NCBI GenBank assembly: GCA_046293175.1 | Contig: JBKBPM010000001.1 | Span: 511,847 to 575,846, forward strand | From: Minisyncoccia bacterium | Lineage (GTDB): Bacteria > Patescibacteriota > Minisyncoccia > Phycocordibacterales > UBA918 | DNA length: 64,000 bases | Direction of reading: 5' to 3' | Shown here: positions 19,495 to 30,477 of the stretch, one piece after another | How the letters are laid out: each line of letters begins with the position of its first letter | Position numbering within the stretch: the stretch's first letter is position 1 | Translations under genes and position numbers: made by a program | Notes under the pieces: model-generated | What the model was told of the DNA's origin: nothing | Seen by the model: only the letters and a program-made list of their open reading frames with translations | Database searches by the model: none

Positions 19495-21048
19495 ATGACC
19501 ACCCTATCCCGCCGCCTCCTTCTGTTGACTGTTTTTATTACTGGTGCTGCTGTGCTTATTTTTGAAGTCGGCGCCATGCGTCTCCTCACTCCGTACTACG
19601 GATCATCCCTCACCGTTGTCTCAAGCGTCCTCTCGATTATTCTCCTCGCCCTGAGTCTCGGCTACTACTTTGGTGGACGACTGGCTGACCGCGCTCCGCA
19701 TCTCTCGCTGCTTATGCACATCATCGGAAGTGCAGGGGTTCTCATGCTTGGCCTCCTTTACACTGCACTATTCCTTCTCCCAAGTGTGGCTCCAGCACTT
19801 GGACAAAGCACTGGGCCACTTATTATCTCAGCCGTGATTTTCTTTTTACCAGCTTGTCTCCTTGGCGCTGACTCGCCATTTGTTTCAAAACTCCTTGCGA
19901 GCGGCACTGACAGTGAAGGAGCGGTGGTTGGGACAGTCTTCTTCCTCAGTACCATCGGGAGTATCATCGGGAGCCTTGCTGCTGGTTTCTATCTCATCCC
20001 TAGCTTTGGTCTCTCCACCACACTGGCACTGACCGGACTGGTGCTTGTGCTCTGGAGCATGGGTGTCCTTTGCCTCGTTGGTTACAAAAATAACAACCTT
20101 ACACTTCAGACCTTGGTACTCGCTGGCGCGATGATTTGTATCGCCATTCTCATTGCTGTAGTGAGTATCAAAACCCCACCACACAGTCGCGGTAAGCTCA
20201 TCTATCAGCAAGACGGTCTCTATTCACAACTGACAGTGTTTGAAGAAGAATTTCGCGGTACCACGTACCGCTTTTTAAAAAACGATAGTAACTACTCGTC
20301 AGCGATTATTCCTGGCAGCAGTGAAATGGCCTTTCCGTACGCTGCACTTGCGCTCACCTATAGAGATATGGTTACCAATGCTTCATCGTATCTCGTCCTC
20401 GGTGGTGGAGCATTCACCATTCCTCGCCATGTCCACCTCGATAATCCCAGTATCACAATTGATACGGTTGAACTCGAGCCCTATCTCCTCCCTATTGCAG
20501 CACAATATTTTGAACTGCCCACTTCTACACTGCTGCGCAATCATACGATTGATGCGCGAGTTTTCTTAGAACAAGCAACTACTACTTATGATGTGATTTT
20601 TTCTGATGTCATGAATAGTGGTCTCTTTATTCCACCTCATCTCCTCACTAAAGAGTTTTTTCAAAGTCTTAAACGGAGTCTCGCGCCAGGTGGAGTCGCC
20701 TACCTCAACTACATCGGCAGTCTCGATACCTACGGAACGAGCATGACCGGCTCGCTTATCAAAACTTTGAGCTCTGTGTTTCCAAACTACGCCCTTGTCC
20801 CCATGACGAGTACAACCGAAAAAAAATTACAAAACATTATGATTGTGGTACGACACGATAATGCACCAATTTTGTTTAGTCCTGACACCCGAATACAAAA
20901 TCGTCTCTATAGCTATGACTATCCCGTACGAGACCATCTCACCAGCATCCCAGCCGACACACTTGAAGACGAAGTGGTGTTCACTGATAATCGTCCGGGG
21001 ATGGAGCCACTGCTCGCCAAACAGTTCAGATTACACGGTGAGCAATAA
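19495..21048 (+). CDS. fused MFS/spermidine-synthase-like membrane protein
   Basis: About 7 TM helices with LGYYFGGRLADR; C-terminal LVLGGGAF, VELEP, DARVFL, FTDN motifs. Confidence 0.88.
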   Translation: MTTLSRRLLLLTVFITGAAVLIFEVGAMRLLTPYYGSSLTVVSSVLSIILLALSLGYYFGGRLADRAPHLSLLMHIIGSAGVLMLGLLYTALFLLPSVAPALGQSTGPLIISAVIFFLPACLLGADSPFVSKLLASGTDSEGAVVGTVFFLSTIGSIIGSLAAGFYLIPSFGLSTTLALTGLVLVLWSMGVLCLVGYKNNNLTLQTLVLAGAMICIAILIAVVSIKTPPHSRGKLIYQQDGLYSQLTVFEEEFRGTTYRFLKNDSNYSSAIIPGSSEMAFPYAALALTYRDMVTNASSYLVLGGGAFTIPRHVHLDNPSITIDTVELEPYLLPIAAQYFELPTSTLLRNHTIDARVFLEQATTTYDVIFSDVMNSGLFIPPHLLTKEFFQSLKRSLAPGGVAYLNYIGSLDTYGTSMTGSLIKTLSSVFPNYALVPMTSTTEKKLQNIMIVVRHDNAPILFSPDTRIQNRLYSYDYPVRDHLTSIPADTLEDEVVFTDNRPGMEPLLAKQFRLHGEQ

Positions 21049-21091
21049 ACAAAAGCCCTTCTACTAGTGGAAGGGCTTTTGTTTATTTTTC

Positions 21092-23809
21092 TTATTTCGT
21101 TGCGAGGACTGCAGGGGCAGGCGCTGGCACCTTTTTGCTTTGAGCACTACGTGAGAGCGCTTTTTTCTTCACGTCAAAGACAAGTTCGTCTTTTTTCAGG
21201 TCTACGCGAACAGTACCGCCACGCAACATACCTTCTTGGATCATCATATTGGCAACAGGAGTAAGGATCTTACTCTGGATGACACGCTTTAGTGGGCGAG
21301 CACCAAACTTTGGATCATAGCCTTCTTTAGCAAGGTAATCGAGGACAGCATCACTAACCGAAAGCGCTATCTCCTTGCTACGCAAACGCTTCGTGACATC
21401 TTCAACCTGAAGAGACACAATACTACGCACGGTCTCAGGTGAGAGAATATCAAAGATGATAATTTCATCCAGTCGGTTGAGGAACTCTGGACGGAAGAAG
21501 TGTTTGAGACTTTCCATCACCTTGTCCTTGGCTTGAGTGTACTGCGCCTGCTCACCACGATCATGCGTGAAGCCCCAATTAGACATCCGGTCGATGTGTT
21601 CGGCACCAATGTTGGAAGTCATGATGATGACCGTGTTCCGGAAGTTGATCTTGCGTCCCTTGGCGTCAGTGAGGTGTCCAGAATCAAGTACCTGCAAGAG
21701 CACGTTAAATACTTCAGGATGGGCCTTCTCGACTTCATCGAGGAGAATCACGGAGTATGGTCGGTGGCGAACACGCTCAGCAATGTTGCCGCCTTCTTCG
21801 TGACCAACGTACCCTGGTGGCGAACCAATAATCTTTGAGACCGAGTGTTTCTCCATGAACTCAGACATATCGATGCGCACCATCGCATCTGGGTCATTAA
21901 ACATAAATTCGGCGAGCGCCCGTGAGAGCTCCGTCTTACCAACACCAGTTGGACCAAGGAAGAGGAACGAACCAATTGGACGATTTGGATCTGCGATACC
22001 AGCGCGTGAGCGCTTAATAGCATCGGCGACGAGCTTAATGGCATGATCTTGCCCAACCACCTTCTTCTTGAGGTCTTCTTCGATACGGGCGAGCTTCTCA
22101 GCTTCGGCTTCAAGCATGCGTGAGACCGGGATACCCGTCCACCGTGAGACCACGGACGCGATATCTTCTTCGGTCACCTCTTCTTTAAGGAGGCGGCGAC
22201 TGCGCTGGAGTTTCTTGAGACGCTTCTGATGCACTTCGAGTTCACGTTCGATACTTGGGATACTGTCGTAGCGGATTTCGGCAGCCCGGGCGAGGTCGGC
22301 CATCGCCTCAGCACTTTCCGCTTCAAGACGGAGCTCTTCGAGCTCTTTCTTCCGTTTACTCATAGCATCAAGGGCTTCCTTTTCATTATTCCACTTTGTT
22401 TCAAGCGCGGAGGTAGTCTCACGAAGTTCGCCGATCTCGCTATCAATTTCTTTCAGGCGATCTTTGATACGCTTCTTTTGTTCGGTCGAGAGGTCAGAAA
22501 CGCCTGATTCTTTCTTAAGTGCTTCCTTCTCAATTTCGAGACGACGAATCTGGCGATCTGATACGACGAGTTCTTCAGGCTTATTCTCAAGTGAGATACG
22601 CAGCGCCGACGCGGCTTCGTCAATAAGGTCCACTGCCTTGTCAGGCAAGAAGCGGTCGGTGATGTACCGGGACGAAAGATTGACCGCACTCACGATTGCA
22701 TCGTCAGTAATACGGACACCATGGAAGAGTTCATACTTCTCTGCGATACCACGCAAAATCGCAATTGCGTCTTCGTGCGATGGTTCGTTTACATACACTG
22801 GCTGGAAGCGACGAGTCAGCGCTGGATCACGTTCGATATGCTTTTGGTATTCTTTGAGTGTTGTCGCGCCAATGACCCGCATCTCACCGCGTGCCAGGGC
22901 GGGTTTAAGCATATTTGACGCATCCATCGAACCTTCCGCCTGACCAGCCCCCACAATCGTATGGAGCTCGTCAATAAACAAAATGATTTGGCCTTGAGCA
23001 GATTCAACTTCTTTCATTACTGCCTTAAGGCGCTCTTCAAATTCGCCACGAAACTTTGTCCCGGCAACGAGGAGACCCAAGTCAAGCGAGAGAATCTCTT
23101 TACCCTTGATAGACTCTGGTACCTGATTCTGTGCAATCTGCTGGGCGAGACCTTCAGCAATCGCGGTCTTTCCAACACCTGCCTCACCAATGAGGACTGG
23201 ATTGTTCTTGGTGCGACGAGAGAGGATCTGCACCACCCGCTGTACTTCCACATCTCGTCCAATGACTGGGTCGAGTTTGTTTTCTTGCGCGAGCTTCGTG
23301 AGGTTACGGGTGTACTTCGCAAGTGAACGAAACTTTTTTGGGGTCTCGGCATCAGAGACACGGTTCTCACGAATCTCTTTGATAGTGTTCATAACACGGG
23401 TCTTGTCGATACCAGCACGCTGCATGATTTCTATCGCTGGTCCAGGATTTTCGAGGACTGCCATAAAGAGGTGTTCAACACCCACGTACGAATCACCAAG
23501 CTGTTCAGCAAGCTGTCCGGAGTATTCAAGTGCCTTCGCGAGATCGGCCGTGAGGTAGAGCTGATACGATTGTGAGACCGTCGTCGCTGATTCCGGTCCT
23601 TCAAGTGCTTCAAGGAGGAGATCGGTGAGCGCAATAATATCAATATCCATTCGGTCGAGCACCGAAATAACCATACTCTCTTCTTGGAGAGCAAGTGCGG
23701 TCATGAGGTGAACTGGACTTACATGGTTTTGCCCGCGTTCAATGGCGAGTTCGTGAGCCTTTCTGATAGCCTCCTTCGCTTTTGATGTAAAATTGTGAAA
23801 ACTAGGCAT
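21092..23809 (-). CDS. clpB: ATP-dependent chaperone ClpB
   Basis: Two AAA+ modules ([16 protein letters not shown]), coiled-coil middle domain, GARPLKR. Confidence 0.95.
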   Translation of the reverse strand: MPSFHNFTSKAKEAIRKAHELAIERGQNHVSPVHLMTALALQEESMVISVLDRMDIDIIALTDLLLEALEGPESATTVSQSYQLYLTADLAKALEYSGQLAEQLGDSYVGVEHLFMAVLENPGPAIEIMQRAGIDKTRVMNTIKEIRENRVSDAETPKKFRSLAKYTRNLTKLAQENKLDPVIGRDVEVQRVVQILSRRTKNNPVLIGEAGVGKTAIAEGLAQQIAQNQVPESIKGKEILSLDLGLLVAGTKFRGEFEERLKAVMKEVESAQGQIILFIDELHTIVGAGQAEGSMDASNMLKPALARGEMRVIGATTLKEYQKHIERDPALTRRFQPVYVNEPSHEDAIAILRGIAEKYELFHGVRITDDAIVSAVNLSSRYITDRFLPDKAVDLIDEAASALRISLENKPEELVVSDRQIRRLEIEKEALKKESGVSDLSTEQKKRIKDRLKEIDSEIGELRETTSALETKWNNEKEALDAMSKRKKELEELRLEAESAEAMADLARAAEIRYDSIPSIERELEVHQKRLKKLQRSRRLLKEEVTEEDIASVVSRWTGIPVSRMLEAEAEKLARIEEDLKKKVVGQDHAIKLVADAIKRSRAGIADPNRPIGSFLFLGPTGVGKTELSRALAEFMFNDPDAMVRIDMSEFMEKHSVSKIIGSPPGYVGHEEGGNIAERVRHRPYSVILLDEVEKAHPEVFNVLLQVLDSGHLTDAKGRKINFRNTVIIMTSNIGAEHIDRMSNWGFTHDRGEQAQYTQAKDKVMESLKHFFRPEFLNRLDEIIIFDILSPETVRSIVSLQVEDVTKRLRSKEIALSVSDAVLDYLAKEGYDPKFGARPLKRVIQSKILTPVANMMIQEGMLRGGTVRVDLKKDELVFDVKKKALSRSAQSKKVPAPAPAVLATK

Positions 23810-23959
23810 GACAATAGAATTATACAGTACTTCCTTGAGGGAGACGGGCGCACCGTGAGGGTGTTACAGAGAGCAGTCAATCGGGAGTGGAAGTACTCAC
23901 ATAATGCTATAAAAAACACCTTTTGTCCAACTTGAGCAACCGGTTTGGTTTTTCTTTTT

Positions 23960-25183
23960 TTATGTGGTTTTTGCTAAATGCTTTGTGAGTACCACGAGTA
24001 ATCGATCAATGTCAGCAGTGGTGGTATCAGGACCAAGGGTGAAGCGTAGCGTTGAAGTTGCCCTGACTTCGTCATTCGTCATCGCGAGCACGACCTGACT
24101 CGCTCCCCCACCCTTTGAGCTACACGCACTCTTCGTGCTCGCGGCGATACCGTGCGTATCAAGCGTAATCACCGCAAACTCGGCATCGAGGCCCGGGATA
24201 GAAATATGAATATTGTTGGCGACACGGTCGGGACCCACCGGACCATTAACAATTGCTTGTGGCAGTTGCTTCGCGATTTCCGTCAGTGCGTAGTCGCGCA
24301 CACGAGTCACCGCCTCGCTGCGGGACTGCCAATCACTCTGGGCTTCTCGGAGCGCGGTCGCAAAAGCTGCGACAAGGTGCACTGGTTCAGTACCGGGACG
24401 CAGTCCCATCTCCTGCCCACCACCACGCAAGAGTGGTGCCACGGCCACCCCTTTCTTCATCACCAGTGCACCAATGCCTTTGCCACCACCGCACTTTCCG
24501 CCATCAAGCGAGAGCAGGTCCGCCCCAATGCGCACGAGCTGACATGGGAGCCATAGTGGCGCTTGTGCACCATCCACATGGAGCAAAATCTCTGTTCCTA
24601 CTTTCTTTTCGACTTCATTAAGAAGGCGTCGCACGGCGCGTGTATCGGTAATCACTCCAACTTCACTATTCACGTAAGCAAGGGTCAAAAGGACTACACT
24701 TTTGTCGATCAGCGTACGGAGTATTGCCATATCAAGCTGTCCATCAATTTTGACTGGTGCATACACCACCTTGACGCCGAGAGCCGCGAGACCCTCAAGC
24801 GTACGAAGCGTCGCTGGATGCTCGAGCTTCGTCGAGATAATCGTCATCGATTCGTAATCACGTCCAGAGGTCCTTTGTGATTCGATCACGCCACGAATAG
24901 CGAGATTGTTACTTTCGGTACCACCGCTCGTGAACACCACTCCACTTTCCTGCACCTCAAGCGTCCGGGCGACTTCAGTTCGAAATTCCTCAAGGGCACG
25001 CTTGGCGGTCACCCCCTCTTTGTGAATACCACCCGGATTACCAAAATCCGCACGTAAAAAGTGAGTCATAGCGGCTACAGCGGCGGCCGTCATTGGGGTG
25101 GCAGCAGCGAAATCGAGATAGATACGTCTTGGAGTACGAGGTCTTACCTCGAACTGAGGTTTTAACCAGTTCGGTAATTTCAT
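23960..25183 (-). CDS. iscS: cysteine desulfurase (IscS/NifS family)
   Basis: IYLDFAAATP, FTSGGTESNN, HVDGAQ, SACSS motifs. Confidence 0.9.
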   Translation of the reverse strand: MKLPNWLKPQFEVRPRTPRRIYLDFAAATPMTAAAVAAMTHFLRADFGNPGGIHKEGVTAKRALEEFRTEVARTLEVQESGVVFTSGGTESNNLAIRGVIESQRTSGRDYESMTIISTKLEHPATLRTLEGLAALGVKVVYAPVKIDGQLDMAILRTLIDKSVVLLTLAYVNSEVGVITDTRAVRRLLNEVEKKVGTEILLHVDGAQAPLWLPCQLVRIGADLLSLDGGKCGGGKGIGALVMKKGVAVAPLLRGGGQEMGLRPGTEPVHLVAAFATALREAQSDWQSRSEAVTRVRDYALTEIAKQLPQAIVNGPVGPDRVANNIHISIPGLDAEFAVITLDTHGIAASTKSACSSKGGGASQVVLAMTNDEVRATSTLRFTLGPDTTTADIDRLLVVLTKHLAKTT

Positions 25184-25298
25184 GCGGAAATCATGACACG
25201 GGCTGTTATTTCTGTAAATATCTGCTATACTGCGACCACTTATTTTAGTAGCCGCCGAACTTCCGGCATGTTTCTCAAAACCGTAGCAATTATCACGT

Positions 25299-26795
25299 AT
25301 GGCAAAAGCAGTAAAAACAACGGGCAGTATCGAAAAGCGACCACCAGTGGTTGTGGTAATGGGTCATATCGACCACGGTAAGTCGACCCTCCTCGATTAC
25401 ATCCGCAAGACCAACGTGGTTGATGGTGAAGCCGGTGGTATCACCCAGCACCTCTCTGCCTACGTCGTGAAGCACAAGACCAAAGAAGGCGCTGAGGAAA
25501 AAATCACCTTTCTTGATACTCCAGGACACGCCGCCTTCCAAAAGATGCGCCTGCGTGGTGCAGACGTAGCTGATGTCGCGATTCTTGTCGTTTCAGCCGA
25601 AGACGGTGTGAAGCCTCAGACCCTTGAAGCGCTTAATGCCATCAAAAAAGCCGATATTCCCATGATTGTTGCGATCAACAAAATCGACAAGCCAGGGGCA
25701 GACATCATGCGTACCCAGAGCAGTCTCATCGAACATGAAATTTATATCGAAGGAATGGGTGGAGATATTCCATGGGCACCAATTTCAGCGAAGCAAGGCA
25801 CGGGTGTATCTGACCTCCTTGACCTCGTCATTCTTGCGGCCGATATTCTCGAACTCCAGGGGGACACTGGTGCCACTGCTACTGGTACGGTTGTTGAGGG
25901 TAAACTTGATTCAAAGCGCGGTAACACCGCCACCTTGATCATCAAGAACGGCACCCTCAAGACCGGCCAGTTTGTCGTCTCAGGCAATTCCTTTGCACCA
26001 GTCCGCATCATGGAAGATGCTACCGGTAAGGCCATCAAGGAAGCCGGTCTCTCAGAACCAGTTGGTATTGTGGGATGGAATACCATTCCAAAAGCCGGAT
26101 CTGAATTTTATACGGTTGCCTCAAAGAAAGAGGCAGAGGTCGCCATCAATGAAATTACCACCCCGATTACGACTGCTCACAAGAAAACAAACCTCCCTAC
26201 CATTCCTGTTCTTATCAAAGCGGATGTACTTGGTACTGTCGAAGCGATTGAGCACGAACTCTCACAGTTCACTTCAGAACGTATCACTGTGCGGGTGATT
26301 GACTCGGCTGTTGGTCCAATTACTGCCAACGACGTCCAGGCGGTGAGTGCCACCAAAGACGCGATTATTGTCGGTTTTAATGTCAAGGTAGATCGCGAAG
26401 CCAAAGACCTTGCCGAACGTCTTGGTGTTGAAATCGATACCTTCTCAATCATTTACGAACTCTCTGACTGGCTTAACACCGCACTGAAGAACCGTACACC
26501 CAAGATGGAAGAAAAAGTGGTAACTGGTCACGCCAAAATCCTCAAACATTTCAGTACCCAAAAGTACACTCACGTCCTTGGTGCTCGTATTGAAGACGGA
26601 TTTTTAAAGCAGAACACCAGCGTGCGTGTTCTTCGTCGTGACATCGAAGTTGGTCGCGGTACCATCAAAAACCTCCAACAGATGAAATCTGATGTGAAGC
26701 AGGTCAACGAAGGAGAATTCGGTATGCAAGTAGATGCGAAGTTTGAAATTGCGCCGGGAGATATACTTGAAGGCTTCGAAATGATAATCAGCTAA
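25299..26795 (+). CDS. infB: translation initiation factor IF-2 (short form)
   Basis: [24 protein letters not shown] motifs. Confidence 0.96.
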   Translation: MAKAVKTTGSIEKRPPVVVVMGHIDHGKSTLLDYIRKTNVVDGEAGGITQHLSAYVVKHKTKEGAEEKITFLDTPGHAAFQKMRLRGADVADVAILVVSAEDGVKPQTLEALNAIKKADIPMIVAINKIDKPGADIMRTQSSLIEHEIYIEGMGGDIPWAPISAKQGTGVSDLLDLVILAADILELQGDTGATATGTVVEGKLDSKRGNTATLIIKNGTLKTGQFVVSGNSFAPVRIMEDATGKAIKEAGLSEPVGIVGWNTIPKAGSEFYTVASKKEAEVAINEITTPITTAHKKTNLPTIPVLIKADVLGTVEAIEHELSQFTSERITVRVIDSAVGPITANDVQAVSATKDAIIVGFNVKVDREAKDLAERLGVEIDTFSIIYELSDWLNTALKNRTPKMEEKVVTGHAKILKHFSTQKYTHVLGARIEDGFLKQNTSVRVLRRDIEVGRGTIKNLQQMKSDVKQVNEGEFGMQVDAKFEIAPGDILEGFEMIIS

Positions 26796-26918
26796 GCGTC
26801 AGTATAAAATAAGCGCTGGCTTTGTTCTCCTTCGTGAAAATCCATTCAATGTACATTACGTACACCTCATGAATTTTCACTTGTCGGCCTCGCCATCATC
26901 TCATTTTCTACAGACTCT
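26795..26918 (-). mobile_element. MITE-like element (core C)
   Basis: Terminal inverted repeats; central GAGGTGTAC-n5-GTACATTGA on the minus strand; starts at the infB stop. Confidence 0.6.
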
Positions 26919-26953
26919 GTAACTATCAAACTTAAAGCAATCGAAAACCTATT

Positions 26954-27382
26954 ATGACCAAACAACTCAATTACGACAAACACGATCGCGCCACCTCACT
27001 CATCCGTGAGGTAGTAGCAACGTATATCCGCAATGAGGCGAACTCCAATCCCCTCATCACGGTCACAAACGTCTCTGTCTCCCCTGATTACCGCAAGTAC
27101 ACTGTCTTTTTTACCACTATCCCAGACGGCCGCGAAGATGATGCCCTCGTCTTCCTTAAGCGGTCAGCGAGCGACATCCGGAGCTACGTGAAGAAACACA
27201 CAAAACTCAAGATCATCCCCCATCTTGAGTTCGCCGTTGATTACGGCGAACGTCATCGCCAACACATCGACGAGATTGCCGCTGATATTGATGTACAAGA
27301 AGGGGTGACACAGGAAGAAGTAATCGAACGCCTCCTCGATGCTGGAAGCAAGAAGCCAGAGGCAGAAGAAACAGACAACTAA
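26954..27382 (+). CDS. rbfA: ribosome-binding factor A
   Basis: ITVTNVSVSPD, IPHLEFAVD; follows infB. Confidence 0.88.
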   Translation: MTKQLNYDKHDRATSLIREVVATYIRNEANSNPLITVTNVSVSPDYRKYTVFFTTIPDGREDDALVFLKRSASDIRSYVKKHTKLKIIPHLEFAVDYGERHRQHIDEIAADIDVQEGVTQEEVIERLLDAGSKKPEAEETDN

Positions 27383-27422
27383 AACAAAACCACCAGCCAT
27401 TAGGCTGGTGGTTTTGTTTTTT

Positions 27423-27510
27423 GAAACCAAAGGCGGGATTCGAACTTTACAAGTTCAGTACATGTTGTCGCTCTTTTACAGAAAAGAGCTGGCAACCTTT
27501 TCGAATCCCT
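27423..27510 (-). repeat. gene-end-duplicating element (core A) after tRNA-Cys
   Basis: Minus strand reads GGGATTCGAA-AAGGTTGCCAGCT...AGCGACAACATGTACTGAACTTGTAAAG-TTCGAATCCCGCCT. Confidence 0.75.
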
Positions 27511-27550
27511 TGTCAAAATAAAACACCCTCAATCGGGTACTTTATTATTG

Positions 27551-27623
27551 AGACCGAGGCGGGATTCGAACCCGCGCGTGGCGGTTTTGCAAACCGCAGT
27601 GTTAACCGCTTCACCACTCGGTC
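27551..27623 (-). tRNA. tRNA-Cys(GCA)
   Basis: GACCGAG/CTCGGTC-T; GCGGT-TTGCAAA-ACCGC. Confidence 0.92.
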
Positions 27624-27716
27624 TGTATGCCCGCTACTATAGCATTATATAGACTGTTTACAAACTAAGATAAATTGGTAAACGTGGATAGTATAATATC
27701 ACTATAAGTTTACCAT

Positions 27717-28211
27717 ATGGCAAAAAAACGTACCTGGACAGAAGCCCAATTAAGACAAGCAGTACATGATTCAAAGAGTATTCGCCAAGTTCTCATTATT
27801 TTGGGACTTATCCCTGCTGGAGGCAACTACCAACACGTTGGACAAACTATAAAAAAGCTTGGGATAGATGACTCACATTTTACAGGTATGGGTTGGCGAA
27901 GTGGACGAACTTTTGATTTTGTCCCTCAGCGAACACTTGAATCTATTCTTCAAAAAAACTCCGATTTTCAAAGTTTCAAATTAAAAAAACGGTTATTTCG
28001 CGAAGGTTTAAAACAACCAAAGTGCGAAATGTGCGGCTGGGCAGAAATATCAAATGATGGTAGGATTCCAGTCGAGCTCGACCACATCAATGGAGATCAC
28101 CGTGATAATCGGCTAGAGAATCTGAGAATTCTATGCCCCAATTGTCACAGTCTTCAACCAACACATCGGGGTCGAAATCAAAAGAAACCGCCGGGGTGGC
28201 GAAATCGGTAG
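27717..28211 (+). CDS. HNH endonuclease
   Basis: CEMCG...ELDHINGD..DNRLENLRILCPNCH; the last 22 nt overlap tRNA-Leu. Confidence 0.9.
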   Translation: MAKKRTWTEAQLRQAVHDSKSIRQVLIILGLIPAGGNYQHVGQTIKKLGIDDSHFTGMGWRSGRTFDFVPQRTLESILQKNSDFQSFKLKKRLFREGLKQPKCEMCGWAEISNDGRIPVELDHINGDHRDNRLENLRILCPNCHSLQPTHRGRNQKKPPGWRNR

Positions 28212-28276
28212 ACGCGCAACACTTAAAATGTTGTGAGCGAAAGCTCTTATGGGTTCAAGTCCCATTCCCGGCACCA
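28190..28276 (+). tRNA. tRNA-Leu(TAA)
   Basis: GCCGGGG/TCCCGGC-A-CCA; CAACA-CTTAAAA-TGTTG. Confidence 0.93.
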
Positions 28277-28331
28277 TAACAAAACACTCCATGGATATGG
28301 AGTGTTTTGTTATTTTCTAAACCAATCATTG

Positions 28332-28413
28332 TGCCCAGGAGAGGACTTGAACCTCCATGAGTCACCTCGCTTGCTCCTAAGGCAAGTGCGTCTACCAATT
28401 TCGCCACCTGGGC
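28332..28413 (-). tRNA. tRNA-Leu(TAG)
   Basis: GCCCAGG/CCTGGGC-A; CTTGC-CTTAGGA-GCAAG. Confidence 0.93.
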
Positions 28414-28547
28414 ACACTGATTACTTTAGCTCTGCTTCACGTTATACGTGTGTGCAAGAGTGTAGCACAGTCAGAAAGCGATTCCAAACAGCCTTTTTAG
28501 CACTTGCCTTCTTTTTATTAATCTTGTATACTCTCGCCACCAGAAAT

Positions 28548-28620
28548 GCCTTCTTAGCTCAGTTGGTAGAGCAGCTCCCTCTTAAGGAGACGGTCCAAGG
28601 TTCGAGCCCTTGAGGAGGCA
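28548..28620 (+). tRNA. tRNA-Lys(CTT)
   Basis: GCCTTCT/AGGAGGC-A; anticodon loop CTCTTAA. Confidence 0.9.
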
Positions 28621-28678
28621 CTAAGATATAACAAAAGCACATGACAACATTGTTATGTGCTTTTGTTATAATTCCCCT

Positions 28679-29095
28679 ATGACCACCCCAGCATTCGCCT
28701 TCGGTGACGGGATCACTCCTCCTACCCCTTTTGTCCTCCTCGAACAGATTATTGAAGATCGCGGCAGTCGCTATAGCGTGAGCTACGGCCACGTACAGAG
28801 TCGCGAGGATATCAAAACCTTTCTCAAAACCCTCAAAAAAGACAAGGCCTATATGCGCGCCGATCACAACAGCTTCGCTGCTCGTATCGAACACGAAGGA
28901 GTGATCTATGAAACCAAAAACGATGATGGTGAGACTGGCGCCGGGATGGTGATTCTCCGCATGCTCCAAAAACACGATGTCAGATGCGGGGTCGTCTGTG
29001 TAACCCGCTGGTTCGGTGGCATCAAGCTGATGGGTGACCGGTTTAAACATATCCAAGACGCCACCATCATCGCTATCAACCACATGCAGTCATAA
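28679..29095 (+). CDS. YigZ/IMPACT family protein
   Basis: DRGSRY, ADHN..A.R, DDGE.GAG, VTRWFGGIKL motifs. Confidence 0.9.
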   Translation: MTTPAFAFGDGITPPTPFVLLEQIIEDRGSRYSVSYGHVQSREDIKTFLKTLKKDKAYMRADHNSFAARIEHEGVIYETKNDDGETGAGMVILRMLQKHDVRCGVVCVTRWFGGIKLMGDRFKHIQDATIIAINHMQS

Positions 29096-29135
29096 CAAAA
29101 CACTCCATCTAGATGGAGTGTTTTGTATTTTGTTA

Positions 29136-30185
29136 CTACGCTGGTCGTAGTGGTGCTTTCTTAAATTGCGCCGGGCGAAAGAAACGGTTGTAGTAGCGTG
29201 CTATCACCTTTTTGGTGCGAGTTGGAAGCTTATCAATCAGCTCACACTTGCGCGAGCAGTAGCCGTGGTACTTCGCCATACAAGTGTCACAACCAAGGAA
29301 CAAAACATGGCAAATTTGGTTCTTACAGTGGTAGTGGGTATCACTTTTATTCACCCGACAAAGATGACAGTGCGAAATAATCTCGTCACTAATGCGTTCA
29401 GACAATCGCTCATCAAAGACGAAATTGGTACCGTGGAATTTATTCGGGAGTCCTTGCTCTTTTACCTGGTGCGCGTAGTCGATAATACCTCCCTTAAGGT
29501 GCCGAACATCAGTAAAACCGTTGTGTTTAAGCCACGCACTCGCCTTCTCGCAACGGATACCACCGGTACAGTAGAGGGCAATCTTTTTGTTCTTGTGCAT
29601 CCGAAGAAGCTCTGGAACAATCGCCAGTTCTTCTCGAAAGGTATCAACCTGTGGTAAGACAGCATTTTCAAAATGACCCACCTCACTCTCATATGCATTG
29701 CGCATATCAACTACTACCGCATCTGGATCATCAATGTACGCATTCATCTCTGCAGCTGTGAGGTAGGCACCGGTATTAGTCACATCAAAGGTTGTATCAT
29801 CAAGTCCATCAGCCACTATCTTCTTACGAACTTTTATGGTGAGTTTATAAAATGATGAAAAGTCTTTTTCTTCAACAGCAATCTTGTATGGTGTACCAGT
29901 GAGTTCCGGTAGCGATTGGAGGAAAGTATCGAGTGCGTCGAAGTTATCAGTGGGGACATTCATTTGAGCATTAATTCCCTCACTAGCCACATAGATACGA
30001 CCAAGACACTCAAGCTCCGCGAGCTTGAGAAAGAGCTGGTTCCGGAAAGCAGTCGGGTCAGCAAGCCGCACATACCGGTAAAACGAGAGGGTCGTGCGGG
30101 GACGAGCTTCACTCGCTACAGCGGCCTTTTTCTCCGCACGAGGCCGCATATCTGCCTTAATCATTGGGGTAGTAGACACAGTCAT
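29136..30185 (-). CDS. trhO: tRNA uridine(34) hydroxylase TrhO (YceA rhodanese family)
   Basis: GRIYVASEGIN, DMRNAYE..VGHF, YCTGGIRCEKA, NFVFDER motifs. Confidence 0.92.
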   Translation of the reverse strand: MTVSTTPMIKADMRPRAEKKAAVASEARPRTTLSFYRYVRLADPTAFRNQLFLKLAELECLGRIYVASEGINAQMNVPTDNFDALDTFLQSLPELTGTPYKIAVEEKDFSSFYKLTIKVRKKIVADGLDDTTFDVTNTGAYLTAAEMNAYIDDPDAVVVDMRNAYESEVGHFENAVLPQVDTFREELAIVPELLRMHKNKKIALYCTGGIRCEKASAWLKHNGFTDVRHLKGGIIDYAHQVKEQGLPNKFHGTNFVFDERLSERISDEIISHCHLCRVNKSDTHYHCKNQICHVLFLGCDTCMAKYHGYCSRKCELIDKLPTRTKKVIARYYNRFFRPAQFKKAPLRPA

Positions 30186-30477
30186 ACACAAATCTTTATG
30201 CGCCTTATCGTACCACACAATCAAAAATAGGACAGTCAAAAGCGGTTATAGTGGTCAAAATGTGTAAAATATCCATATTTAGAGCCCTACTTGCACCGCC
30301 TCATAACTTGACTTTTTGCACTAAATATGCTATTATACTAAGTGGAATGGGGGCAATGTGCCTACCGGCGTCCCCTTCTTGGTCTGAATGTCCAAGAGCG
30401 GCATCCGGTAGGTGCACCCGCTCACCTTGGTCACGGCAACAGCGCCGGTTGACAACAATATAGCAAAGGAACACAAC

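Noticed and set aside
17850-28276. Prophage or genomic island bounded by tRNA att repeats
   Set aside because: Duplicated tRNA ends are only ~120-180 bp from their genes, and there are no integrase or phage genes.
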